Source of the DNA: Eledone cirrhosa
Taxonomy: Eukaryota
Assembly (NCBI GenBank): GCA_964016885.1
Contig: OZ024742.1
Span: 130,262,001-130,326,000, forward strand
DNA: 64,000 bases
Direction of reading: 5' to 3'
The position numbers and the translations under genes are program-made. Of the stretch, positions 1 through 13,300 are shown piece after piece (position 1 is the stretch's first letter; each line of letters starts with the position of its first letter). The notes beneath the pieces were generated by a model that was not told the origin of the DNA, did not search any database, and was given only the letters and a program-made list of their open reading frames with translations.

Positions 1-2138
1 AATAGAACTCAATTATATCTGCTTATGCACCCCAATCAAGTCTACCAAATGTTATAAAAGACAGGTTCTGAGTCCCTAATGTACATTACTTTCCATATAA
101 ATGATAGTGACTTTAATGAACATGTTGGACAACATTGCAATGGAGGTTATGGGTTTGGTACTAGAAACGAGGAAGGTTACAGGATTCTGTAATGCCAGTG
201 ACCATCTGTAACAAACTTTAAAAAATGTGACAATCACTTGATCACCAATAGTTCAGGGGAGCACACCAGCCAGATAGATTTTATCGTTACCAGAAGATGA
301 GTGTCTGTTGTAAACAGTCACTTCTTGATGAAGAATGCACCTCTCAACATAACCTAAGTTAGCGACCTTTTAGTCAGGGCTAAACGATCTCAATAACAGG
401 ACAATCTTGAAAAGAAGGTAGAAGTTGAAGGCCCCACAGCTAGAAACAAATTTAGAGATGTTACTCGATGCTTTTGACAGTAAGGAAGAGGAAATAGAGA
501 AGTGGGAATTCCTGAAAGATAACCTGTTGAAGACAACAAATTAAATCTGTGGTTGGAGCAGGCCTCTAGGGAGGAGGGTGACCTAGTGGTAGAAAAGTAG
601 GGTAGAGGAGACAAAGCCAAAAAGCAGGCATAGAAAGATTGGTGAGAGGAAGTAGAGAACACTACCAGGTGGCTAGGACAAATGTTAGGTAACAAGTGTG
701 CCTTGAAGTAGGGAAGCAGAAGATAAAAAATATAAGCATGTTATCAAACACGAGGATCATGGGCATGAAGTATTCAGGATTGTGAGACATGTCAAGGAAA
801 ATTGTGATATTGTTGGAGAGAAATGTGTCAATGATGATAATGGTGTACTTGCCCTCACTGATGCTGAAAAGAAAGCAGCATAGTGCCACTATGAAAAAAC
901 TACTAAATGAGGAGAATGAATGGGATGTAGATAGTTTATCCCAAATTGACTCAACAGGGGGATCGGCTGTGCTAGGTAGTAGTAATATAAGAAATACGGC
1001 AATCTAAGATATGAGGACAGGTAAGGCAGCTGGAGCTTCAGGGATAGTTGCTAAGATGCTGAAAGCATCTGGGATGTTGGGTCACACCATGTTCATCCGT
1101 ATAGTAAACCAAGTAATACAGAATGATGTCATATCCAATGACTGGCATAGCAACATCATAGTCAACTGTTACAAGGGCAAAGGAGATGCCAAACAGTGAA
1201 AATTATAGACACTAAGTTGGTTGACCATGTCATGAAGGTCACTGAAAGAGTCATCACAGTGTGCAGGAAAGGAGTAGGTAGAAATTCCATCCTATGTCCC
1301 AAATGCAAGCTATGGGTATATAAAAGATGTAGTGGTATCACAGGCAAGCTATCTAAGAATGTAGATTTTATATGTGGCCAATGCATAGGTGCAGTAAGTA
1401 GCAAGTCCCCACAGGACACTAGTTCCTTCGAATGCCCAGATGGTTCTATAGAAATAGTTGACTCTTTCCATTACCTGGGTGATGTAATCAAGAGTGGAGG
1501 AGGGTGTTCCGAAAGTACAATAGCCCAAGTAAGAACGGGATGGAGAAAGTTCAGAGGTTTTTCCTTAAAATGAAGGGCAGATTGTATGATGTATGTATAC
1601 AAACAGCAATATTACATAGTAGTGAAACCTGAGCAGTGTGTGCAGAGAACCTACGAAGACTGGAAAGAAACGAAGCATGCATGCTCCAATGGACAAACAG
1701 CAAAGTGTAAATGAACTAAGAAAGAAATTAGGTAAGAGAGGGATCAGATGTGTATGAAGGACGATAGCTGTATAAAGAGGTGCAGGGCAATCAAAATTGA
1801 TGGCAGCTATGGAGTACGAAGATCTGGGACAAGGTGATAAAAGCTGATCCTGTGTAACTGAACCTCTCAAAAACAATGACACAGGATCAAGATCTTTGGC
1901 ATAATGCAATATAGAAGACACACCTTCCCCTGCACAGCAAACTTAAACATATACCTAGTAGGCACCTCTTAACCACTATACTCCACCTACACTGAACAAA
2001 ACACTGTAAAGTGGTTGTATAGGTGTCATGACAAAAAGCACCCAGCTGTAGAAAACTAGCCAGAAAGTCCTATGAGTCACTGGACCCAATTTACCTCACC
2101 CATGCTAGCGTGGAAAATGAACGTTAAACGATGATTAT
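1..2138 (+). mobile_element. Decayed RTE-clade LINE (APE end, RT, Cys-rich CRKGVG..CKLWVYKRCSG insert, 3' tail)
   Basis: Frameshifted peptides GKAAGASGIVAKMLKA, YKGKGDA, VDSFHYLGD, GWRKFR; ends cgttaaacgatgat; homologous to 35950-37745. Confidence 0.85.
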
Positions 2139-2983
2139 GCGTTTTATTGCAAAATAATCACTCCAGATATTTTAACACCTCATTTATGTAGAATTTGAAG
2201 TTAGTGAAAATTGAAATATTGACCCCAAATATAAGCCAACCCCCATCTTCCCATAATTTTTTGGTCACATATTCCTTGGCTTATATTCAAGTATATATGG
2301 TAAATTATCTGATAGAAAGGTCTGGTTTGTCACTTGATCATAGTGACATATTTCTTTTATTTGTGATGAGGAGACAAAGATGAATTATATAGAGTATGGG
2401 GGGGGGGGGGGGGAGTTCTATATAAAAATCAGAGGAAAAACAAATGAGTTTCAGGAAAGAATCAGTGGACAGAGCTTAAAGACAAAACCAACCAGCAGGA
2501 AACACAGAGCAAAATGGTTAACATCTATGAACTCAACTGGTCTCACTTGGGGATCCGGCTGGACCAATTCAAGATGGTTGCTTCTGACAAGACCCCACTA
2601 GGAGAGTGTTTGGGGACTACCTCTACAACCAACTCCAGAACATGTAGGCGAAGAAAAAGACCACAGCTAAATGCCGTCTTCTGATTATTCTCCAGCTTAT
2701 GGACTCATGCCGAGAGTAGAACTAGCCACTGTTGCTATTATTGCCAGTCATCATTTATAAGAGAATCTCCTCTCCATTAGTCTCACCTTTCTTTTCAAGA
2801 ACTTGGCAAAAGAGTAAAGTGCCAGCCCCCAGTTTTCTTAATCTTGCCCACTACACATCCTCTACTGCCATAGCCACCAAAGATTTCCTGCCGTTTCTGG
2901 ATAAAGAAGAGAGGTCTCCATCTACAATGAACTCAGCCAATAATCAAATCCACCCTACATGCAATAGCAGCTGTTTGATAAAT

Positions 2984-3200
2984 AATGGTTTCTGATTTAG
3001 GCACAAGGCCAACAATTTTAGGGAAGGGAAAAGTCGATTAAATCAACCTCAGTGCGTTACTCCTACTTTATTTTATTGACCCCCATAAGGATAAACAAAA
3101 AGTAAAGCTAACTTCAGTGGGATTTGAAATCAGAACATAAAGAGCCACAATTATATGCTACAAAGCATGTCCGACGCTCTACCGATCTTGCCAATCCAAC
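2984..3200 (-). mobile_element. tRNA-derived SINE family A copy
   Basis: Matches the ~190-bp dispersed repeat (B box GAGTTCAAATCC, core GCCTTTCATCCTTACGGGGTCGATAAAATAAAGTACC, AAT tail), about 20 copies in the window. Confidence 0.7.
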
Positions 3201-4182
3201 ACCTTGATAAATAATAGCAACAAATGGTTTTTGGTATTTTTATTTAAATATTAACTCGTGAAAACATGATTTTAAGACAATTTTGATTCAATTTATATAT
3301 AATATAAAAGATGTTTATTGGTTGATTGAATCACACACACAGACATCTAAAGAGAGAGAGAGAGATAGGTCGTTATACAGAGAGAGAGAGACAGAAAGAG
3401 AGATAGGTCGTTATACAGAGAGGTACAATTAAAGTGTTAGATATGCAGAGAGGGAGAGTGTGACATCCCACAAAAGTATCAGTTGAAGATTTAACAATAT
3501 TGCATTAGCGTTTATAAAGTCGTTTTACAGTTTTTGATTTTACAGAACAAAGGAAAGTTGATACTATTTGAAATTAATCTACCCTCCAGCTTTTATCCAT
3601 ATACTACTTCCAGACCGTACTAACGAAGCTAAACACTTCAGAAGTAATGTTATGCGGTATAATGCTGTGTTTCAGGTGACGTCCTTTGGAGCTGAAAAAG
3701 ATCATACTGACTATGGTTATTTCACATTTAAAATCTAAGGCCAATGCTACCATTTAGTCAGCAGTTTACTCCTCCAGCCTAATAAGGAAGTTTTATGATT
3801 GTTTTTTTTAGTTTTTTTTGTCTCTCTCACACACATATTACAGTCTCACCTCATACCAGACAACACATCCAATACAATCGTTTTCTTTTATCCATCTTCT
3901 CTTAACTGTTCTCCCAGAAGAAACCGGGTACCTCAGCTAGTACTATGTGTGTGTGTGTGTATGTGTACGTGTGTATCTATGTGTGTATATATATATATAT
4001 ATACACACACATATATGTGAATAATTAAAGAGTGACAGATACATGTATAATCCAATGAAAATTATACACATGCATTCATATATTAGTTCATTTTAAATAT
4101 AACAAGTCGACCATTCTACAAAAAATAGTAAACAGATGAAGGAGAAAGGCCAATTTTCCAGTACAGTTATATTTCACTGTAT

Positions 4183-4356
4183 TCACCCACTGCACATCAT
4201 GCATTCTTCTCTGTTGTTGATTGAACAGGCAATTGCAGCTTCATTCTGTTCCTGTGTCTTCTTCAATGGCGTGGAAAGTTTTGTTTTGTCTACGGTGAAC
4301 TGAATGGCATTGACAGCTGGTTTGGTTCGTAAATAGTACATACCCGTCTTTAAACC
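4183..4356 (-). CDS. RRM1: RRM1 exon 19 (terminal coding part)
   Basis: cag|[24 protein letters not shown]...[17 protein letters not shown]. Confidence 0.96.
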   Translation of the reverse strand, partial: GLKTGMYYLRTKPAVNAIQFTVDKTKLSTPLKKTQEQNEAAIACSINNREECMMCSG

Positions 4357-7300
4357 CTGTTAAAGTAAAAATCAAATTTTATTCATATTATCAATCTGTG
4401 TCGAGCCTTAATGTCTACCACATCAGCAAAACATTCTTGAAAAGTACAAAACAGCACCAAGATTGTATCACATTAAAAATTATAATCCTCAGTCTACTGC
4501 AAATTTTCACTACAGCCTGTCCACTTGTAAAGATATAATAAGTATTTGAATTAACAAAGCCGTGTTTTTTAATATTTTCATATCATTACAGGATATTAAG
4601 GGTTAATCAATGAAAGGTTATATTTAACTTTTTGTTAATATAGTTTTAACCCTTTAGCATTTACATTACTCTATATATACTATTATATTTTCATGGTAAA
4701 GGCTTTATCTCACATAATATCGAATCTGAAATTTTGAAAGTATTTATTTTGAGAACAATACCTTAACATCAGTATGAGTGGCCAGTTTCAACAGAAAGAG
4801 GTAGAGAATTCTGGCCGATTTGAACATTAAAGGGTTAATGAAATGTACTGCCTATGATTTTCAATTTTGAAAATAATCAAGAATTTTGAAGGACTATGTG
4901 TGTGCGTATGTGCATATGCATACATTTATATGTATGAGTATATAAATATAGCATGCAAACACAAAAATAATCACACACAGCATAGCAAGTGGAACACCAG
5001 CTGCTATTTTGCTGTAGTTTTTTCATCATTCTCTTCCTTTTTACACACATTCACACAAACACACACACATTGTGACAGACGGAAGTCCCTTAAAATTATA
5101 TATAGATTTAGTAAAATAACTTTTTCATTTATTAGCTGATAGAAAGTTTTAAATTAAATACGAACACTTTAAAACAAATGATTGTGTCATAAAAAGGTAG
5201 TGATATCAAAACAGTTAAACAAAAGGAATTAAAAAACTTACCATTTTCCAAGCATAGAAGTGCATACTGGTTAATTTTCCATAGTTTGGTTCTGCAATGT
5301 GCAAATTCATCGACTGGCTCTGATCAATATATATACCTCTATCAGCTGCCATTTTAATCACAATCTTCTGAGACACTTCCCAAACAGTTTTATAGAGCTT
5401 CTTCAGTTCATCAGGAACATCCAAAGTCTAAAGATGTAAAACAAATATACATATATCAACCATAAGAATATGCCGTGTGTGTGTGTATCATCATCGATTA
5501 ACGTCCATCTTCCAAGCTAGCATGGGTTAGATGGGTCCCATTTAGAGGCAAGTTGTGTTGGGTGATCATGTCTCACTCATATAGGGGTGTTTCTGGCTGG
5601 CTTTCTAAGGCTGGATGCCCTTCCTAACGCCAACCACATTGACAGTGTGTGTGGTGTGGTGTGGTGTGGGTGTGTGTATGTGTGTGTATGAGAGAGAGTA
5701 AAAGAAAGCGGAGAGTTCCACTCATATTCTAACAAGGTGTGTTGAAGCGAATTGCAATATTCAGGAAAGCTCCTATGTACATGACACAAATGTAGAGCCC
5801 TCTTTGTAAAATGGTTTGTGGTTGGGCTTAGCAGTGTTCTGGGTTTATTTTATTGTTGTAACACTAGCGGTTGCTAGGTACTCGACACAAATGCAGAGCC
5901 GTCTTTGGTAAGATTCCTACAGCTAGATGTCCTTTCCAACGCTGACCACTTTACAGCATAACACTTGAGATATTAATTTCAAATATAGGTATGAACAACC
6001 ATGATACAGTTCCTCAAGCTACTGAGGAGGACAGTAATTGTGAAGAGGAACTATAACAGTCAGTGCAACCAATGTCAGCATGTCAAGAATAATATTATGA
6101 GTGATGATAATATTTGTTCATGCCAGCCCTGATTAAAGGTATTCCAGTCATAATAATAACTAAACACAAATACAGCATTATAACCCCAGTACTTGACCGG
6201 TACTTTATTTTATCAAACCCAGAATGATGAAAGGCAAAGTTGACCTTGATGGGATTTGAACTCAGAATGTAGAGTTAAAACTAAATCCATTTTGCCTGAC
6301 TCTACAAATTCTGCCATTCCAGTCATAATGGTTTCTGATTTAGGCACAAGGCCAACAAGTTGGGGGAGAGGAGAAAGTTGATTAAATTGACCCCACTGCA
6401 TTACTGGTACTTTATTTTATCAACCCTATAAGAATGACAGGCAAAGCTAACCTCAACGGGACTTAAAGTCAGAATTTAAAGGGATGTAACTATGCTGCAA
6501 AGCATGCCTAACACTCTACCATTACGGGCAATCCACATTCCATTTCAGTCATAAATCAGCCTTTGCTAGCGAGTCAAGCAAATACATATGATGATTTATG
6601 TGCTTGTTCATATGAAGCAGATAATTGTAATGATAATGAAAATGATTGACTTACCTGAATAGAGCCATTTTTTGCAATCAGTTCATTCTTCATGTCGCTA
6701 GACCACAAGCCAAGTTCTGTGAGGTCTTTTAGTAAGTGGTGATTGACAACCTAAAGGAAAGACAAACAAGTTAGCCTGTCAATTCTATAATGACAAACCC
6801 TTTGTTTTAAAGTATTCATAATTAAATCAGAAATAATTGTTTCTACATTTGAATACTTTTACACAAACTTCCCTCCTGATTGCCGAATACTGAAATTGGC
6901 GCATTACTGCATCTGTGCAACTCCACATGTAGAGTGCATTGCGCAGGCTTCCTTGAGAGGACAAGTGTTTCAGTCACTGCAACACTGATTTTCATTCCAA
7001 TCATGCAAGCACTCGGCATCAAACCTATCAAGTGCAAGACGGATCACTTTCTAAGCGTGGAACACGGACGTTAAACGATGATGATGATGATGATGATACC
7101 ATGTCTGTAAATTCCAGCCCACTGATCCTACACTTGCCAGTCATATCACTTCCAACCTGGCTGCACTTGTCAATTCTATTTGTAAAAATAATTGTTTCTA
7201 CTTTTGGCACAAGGCCAGCAATTATCCCAGTGTATTACTGGTACTTTATTTTATCGACCCCGTAAGGACGTAAGGGAAAGTTAACCTCAGCAGGATTTGA

Positions 7301-10300
7301 ACTCAGACCATAAAGGGCCGTAACTCTTTGCTGCAAAGCATGGCGTCCAACTCTCTACCAATACTGCCAATCCACCGCCCTCTATTTGTAAAAATAATGA
7401 ACAGGAAAGGTGACAGTACACACCCTTGGCAGAGTCAGACACCCACATTGAATGGCTTTGATTTAGCACCATTTATTCAAACACAAATACTCAAGCATTT
7501 GTATAGAGACATCAGGGCATACAGGACAGTTTCCATCTACCAAATTCACTCACAAGGCATTGGTCAACCAGAGGCTATAGGAGAAGGCACTTGTCCAAGG
7601 TACCACATAGTGGGATAAAACCAAAGACCACATAGTTATAAAGCAAACTTCTTAAGCACGCAGCCATGCTTAGGTTTAGCCATAACTTATTCTTGGGTTT
7701 TTAATTTCCATCATCTTTTGCCATGTCTTTCATGGTCTTCCTCTACCTCCTTCCAAATTAATTTCATTTCCATTAGTCACTTCAACACATGACCCAACCA
7801 TCACTTGCTCTATTCCTCTCACCCAGTCACTTTCATATTTCCTCAAGACATAACCCAACCATTCCTTTTCTATTTACAACATTCATCACTGGATTTATTT
7901 TCATCCTCTGCAATTCCTTGTTTGTCTTCTTTCAGCGACACTCCACTCATACATTGGATCAATCTCATACACACACACACATTCCTTAAAAATATGCCAC
8001 TCTCATAAATATCCAAATAGGTATAGTCACACATCAACAAGATAAATGAAGGAACATGACAAACTTAAATAATTACCATGAATTCTCCAGAGAGTACACG
8101 TCTTGTATAAATATTACTGGTATAGGCCTCAATGGACTCATTGTTTCCAAGAATTTGTGCAGTGGAAGCAGTTGGCATAGGAGCTAACAACAGGCTGTTT
8201 CTTACTCCATGTCTGCAAATAAATGGTTTCTTTTAATTCATTAAGATCCTATTAAGCTGCCCCTCTTAACATCCTGTACCACACAAAATCAAATTAGCAA
8301 GACATAAAAACTGCACTATGACTAGCTAAGTTGTTATTGTACAAAATTACAGCTATTTTTATATTTTATGCATTGGCATATGAATATTAATTTATTTTGG
8401 TGCAAAACATGCAAAAGTTACCAAACACAGCATGATATTTTCTGGTGTAAAAGTCAGTGCACCTAGCTCGTATTTAGTTTCAGATTTCGATAGTGTTTGG
8501 CTGCAGCCAAGCCAGCAAAGTCATTTGACTATCATTTTTTACTCCTCTAAATCCTTCGCTCACATCATTAGCCTATCTCTCTCTACTCCAGGCAAACACC
8601 TATATATATATACACATTCTGTGATTTACAATTTTGCTTCAGCAATTAATAATTCACTTTTTCTTAACCTTGCAATTTCCATGAATTATCCAAAGATATG
8701 AACATAACTTCAAATCCAATATTTGAAGAAATAATTATTTTAAACAGATGCATGTTCACTGTTTACTTTTGTCTGTTTTTCATCAAGACATAATAGGGAG
8801 GAAAAATCCAGCGTCCACATACTCCCTCCACAACACTGATATCAAGAAGTCCTCTTGTGAACGTGACCTGGGCATTAGTCAGCAGCGATTTGCGTTGGAC
8901 AAAGCACATCTCTAAAATTGTCAAGAAGGCCGAGGGTGTCTTGGCATCACTCAGCAAGACCTTTGTTAGCCGCTCTCCAGCCATCTATTTAAAGCTGTAT
9001 ACAGCTATGGTACGACCACACTTGGAATTCGCATCATCAGCCTGGAACCCCTATCTTGCTCAGAACATTGACCTCCTGGAAACTGTTCAGAGACGTGCAA
9101 CCAAGCGCATATCCTCCACCAGACACCTACCATACTCTGAACGCCTTGCTTCATTGAAGCTCCGCGTCTGGCAATTGACTTGGTAAACACCCACAAAGTT
9201 ATTAACCATCTCGCCAGCAACCCTGAGCACCTTTTTGATCTCCATGTGTCTAACACACGTGGACATGCCTACAAAGTCAGAAAACAGCACAGCTCCCATG
9301 ACTTTTAGAAACATTTTTTTCACTCTTAGAGTTGCTGTAGCATGTAACAAACTGCCTGCGTCAGTTGTTAGCTGCCGAGACACTGCATCCTTTAAAACCC
9401 TCATGCTTCCCGAAATTCGCCAAAACTACACCTGATGTCCCCCTTCCATGCACATGCACACATGTATATCATGACTCATGCACTGTTCATTTTCCTGACG
9501 TTTGTACATTACCCTATGTACTATACATACACTTTTGATGAGTTGTAGTGCACCTGAGCACTGTACACAATATTTTCATTATTATTATTAGGTATGAAAC
9601 ACTGAATCCCATGTACATACCATCTTCACATTATTTTTAACACCACCAAAATGCCAGCTAAAACTGCATCACATTAATTATTGAAGTCTTTACTAAAATA
9701 CTGCAAATTTTCAAAGATCTGATTAGTAGTAAATATACTATAAATATTTGGATTACCAAACTTGTTTTGAGGAATTTTCTAGGTCAAAAATATGAGGAAT
9801 GAAGGAATGGATCAAATTCAATAGATTGTTGGTACTTTTATTTGTTGATGCTTAAATAATCAAAGGCAAAGGATGTGTTTAAAAGGAAATTTGGCTATTT
9901 TTTGCAGGTTAAGCAAACATTTTAGTGATTCAGTTAGATACTTTTATAGATAATGTAAACACAAAGGCAAAGTAAACACAAAAGTAATGTAAAACACAAA
10001 GGTTGACTTACTTGGCAATTCTGTCTTTGAGAGCAGCCCAATCATGCATTGGATGTGGTGTAGTCTCCCACATGTCATACTGAAGAATCTAAAAATAGAA
10101 CAAATACATTTTTTAAAATAAGAAGCAGGTTGTTGAAATAAACATTATTGCTTTAACAGGTAATACCACCCTACCTGAGATCAACTGTTCTAAAAACTTT
10201 ATATTTGATTATAAAATCTTGAAAATCTCATTCATATGAATTTATTGTGGCACCAGTACAATATATTCATGAGATTTTCATTGAGATTTTATAATTTAAT

Positions 10301-13300
10301 ATGTAAATTTCCTGTTAATGATATGACAAAAAGCACCCAGTCCACTCAATAGCGCCAGAGGCATGATAAAATGTTCACAGTACATGCTGTAAAATGGTTG
10401 GCATTAAGAAGGACATCCAACTATAGAAGCCATTCCAAAAATGGAACATACAAGCAGGACAGTCACCTGACCAGTCCAATCTCAGTGTGTAACACTGTCT
10501 AACCCATTTCTGCATGGATGATGATCACTGGGTGAAGAAGTGCCAGGAAATCCCAGCGGAGGGAAGCTGCAGTTGGGGTAGACCAAGCTGAGGTGGTGAA
10601 AACAGATTCACAGTCAATGGAGAGATGCTGTGCTGAAAAGGACCCATTCAATCCATGCAAGTGTGAAAAAACGGACATAAAAACAGTGATGATGAAGTGA
10701 TATAATGATATCATATTGCAGTTGCTTAATACCAGCTTATGGAGCGCATCTAGTGCAGTCAGCAAATGGTAGCATTAGTTTTGCAGTAAAATACACCAAA
10801 CTCATTCTATAAAGTGAAAGAAAAAAAATAAATTCTATTTACTTAAACATTACTGGTTTAACTCTTTTATATTACCATTATACCAGTAATACACTGAGAT
10901 AATTGCTGGCCTTGTGCCAAAAGTAGAAACAGTTATTTCTAATAAAAGATATTGTCTAAAATTTTCAAATAAGTTTTGAAAACTATCAAGAATTTGGATG
11001 CATCCTAGAAAACAAACTTTCTTATTGAGTTGGTGTTGAGAACATAAAGTGTGATGAGCTGAATTCAAAAGATTTTCTGGACACACACGTTGCTCAGGAT
11101 TGAACATGTAACCCCCCCTCCCCCTCCATTATTATATTTATTACATACCCACACGTCCATCTTCACTACATAATGGAACCTCTTAAAACACCTACATGTC
11201 TGATAAAACAGTCACATAACTGACCTCACTCCACCCCCCATTTATGGTTATGCTATTTAATAGTAAACGACTTCTGAATCAGTCTTATTGGTAGTCACTC
11301 CTCTCAGGATGGGCTTAACTTGGCAAATAGTTTTACTCATTTCACAAAGGTTCTTACATAAAATTGTGATGAATAGTTTTTAGATAAATATATAGACTTT
11401 CAAAACAAACAGCTTTGTAGAATCAGGGATTGTCTCTGACAGTTTAGTGTCAAGATTGAAAAATAACAGAAAAAAAAAGGGAGAGGAAATACTTACACCT
11501 TTGCTAACAGGACTGCCATCATAAGTTTCATAGGGACCTAGTTTTTCAGCAAGTTCACAGCTCATCTCTAAAGCAGCATAATATATGGTAGCAAAGATCT
11601 GTTTATTCAATTCTTGGGCTTCGTCACTGTCAAATGGGTAGCGCATCAAAATGAAGGCATCAGCCAGACCTTGCACACCAATACCAATAGGTCGATGTCG
11701 CATATTAGATCGTTTTGCCTAGATAAAAGAAAAAAAGAGAAAAGATATACAGGACACTAGTAAAAAATAAATCAATAAATAAAAAAAAAATTGAAAAAAA
11801 AAAGTAGTAGTAGTAGCACACTCAACCATTTAAGGCCCATGTGTTATTTTGCTTAAGTAAACGGTGTGAATCTACTGGCTGAAAACCTAGATTTTATTAC
11901 AAGAGCAGATATTACTGTGTAGTTAAGAAGTTTGCTTCACAACCTCAGTCTTGGGCTCTATCTAAATTTTGTTTTTTAAATGGTTCACCAACAATACATG
12001 CCCTTAAGTATGTTTAGCTCAGTGTTGCAAACACCTGAACCATGTCTTCAGTTTGGGGGCATCATATTTCCCACCAGTCTTAGAGGCCCTGAAAAAAGTT
12101 ACGGGCATTCCCTTTCTCTTGTTGACCCCACAATCTTCTCAGGAATAAGTGGACTAAGAAGAATGATGATTGAGAATGTTACTAATTATGCAGCAGAAAA
12201 TATAGCTGTAACAGTGTTGGTAAGAAACGGTATCTGGGCCGAATTACCATGCTACTACCATTACTACAGTTGCCATATGGAATTATTACCTAGAAGTATG
12301 TACCATGCTTTTGCTAAGGGTTTTAGGAGCCTATTCAGTCGCGTTCATACAAAGGCACCCTCTCAACTGCCCCTCATTTGATCTAGAACATATTAAATGC
12401 TTCAACACTCAACTGGAACTTTCTTTTATAAGAAATTAGAATATCTTACCTCTTCCACAGGATAACAGTTGACTTCAATAATTTTATTGAGATTTTTTAC
12501 TATCACTTTGGTGACATATTTTAATTTCTCAAAATCAAAAGTGCGCTCTGGTTTAACAAACATATTTAATGCAATAGATGCCAAATTACAAACAGCCACC
12601 TGAAAATAGATTTTTAAAAATTCATTATCAACACCATATAACATCCATTTTTCCACACTAGCATGGGTTAAACAAGTTGTCTTGTTGTGAGACAAGTCAA
12701 ATCAGATGACCATGTCTTGCTCATACAAAACTGTTTGACTTGGTTTCTATGGCTGGATGCCCTTCCTAATGCCAATCACATTTACAGTGTGGACTGTGTG
12801 CCTTCTATCATGGCACTGGTGATAGGAATGGCATACTGCCATAGAAAACTTGACAAAGAATAAAGATGACTCTTCAGTTATATCAAAGACATGCAATGCC
12901 AGTGCCACAATAAAAAAAACAGCCATTACACACTGTAAAGAGTGAAAATATATACAAAGATAAATGCAGCCCTCTGCCTGTCTGAAAGGTCAGTGGTATC
13001 AATTAGATACTAACTTGGTCTGAGATAACGCACCTAATTTTGGTTAGCAAATAAAACAGACATTAAATAATGGTTTCTGATTTAGGCACAAGGCCAACAA
13101 TTTGGGGGGAGGGGAAGTCAAATTGACCCCAGAACATTCCTGGGACTTTATTTTATCAACCTCATATGGATGAAAAGCAAAGTTAACCTTGGCGGGATTT
13201 GAACTCAAAACGTAAAAACAGACATTAAATAATTGTTTCTACTTTTGGCACAAGGCCAGCAATTATCCAGTGCATTACTGGTATCTTATTTGATCGACCC

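Noticed and set aside
3230-4182. RRM1 polyadenylation site
   Set aside because: The nearest minus-strand AATAAA I found is about 870 nt past the stop (near 3314) in AT-rich DNA; it cannot be assigned without transcripts
11980-12381. 133-aa plus-strand ORF in an RRM1 intron
   Set aside because: No recognisable domain or splice context; probably a chance ORF in decayed repeat sequence
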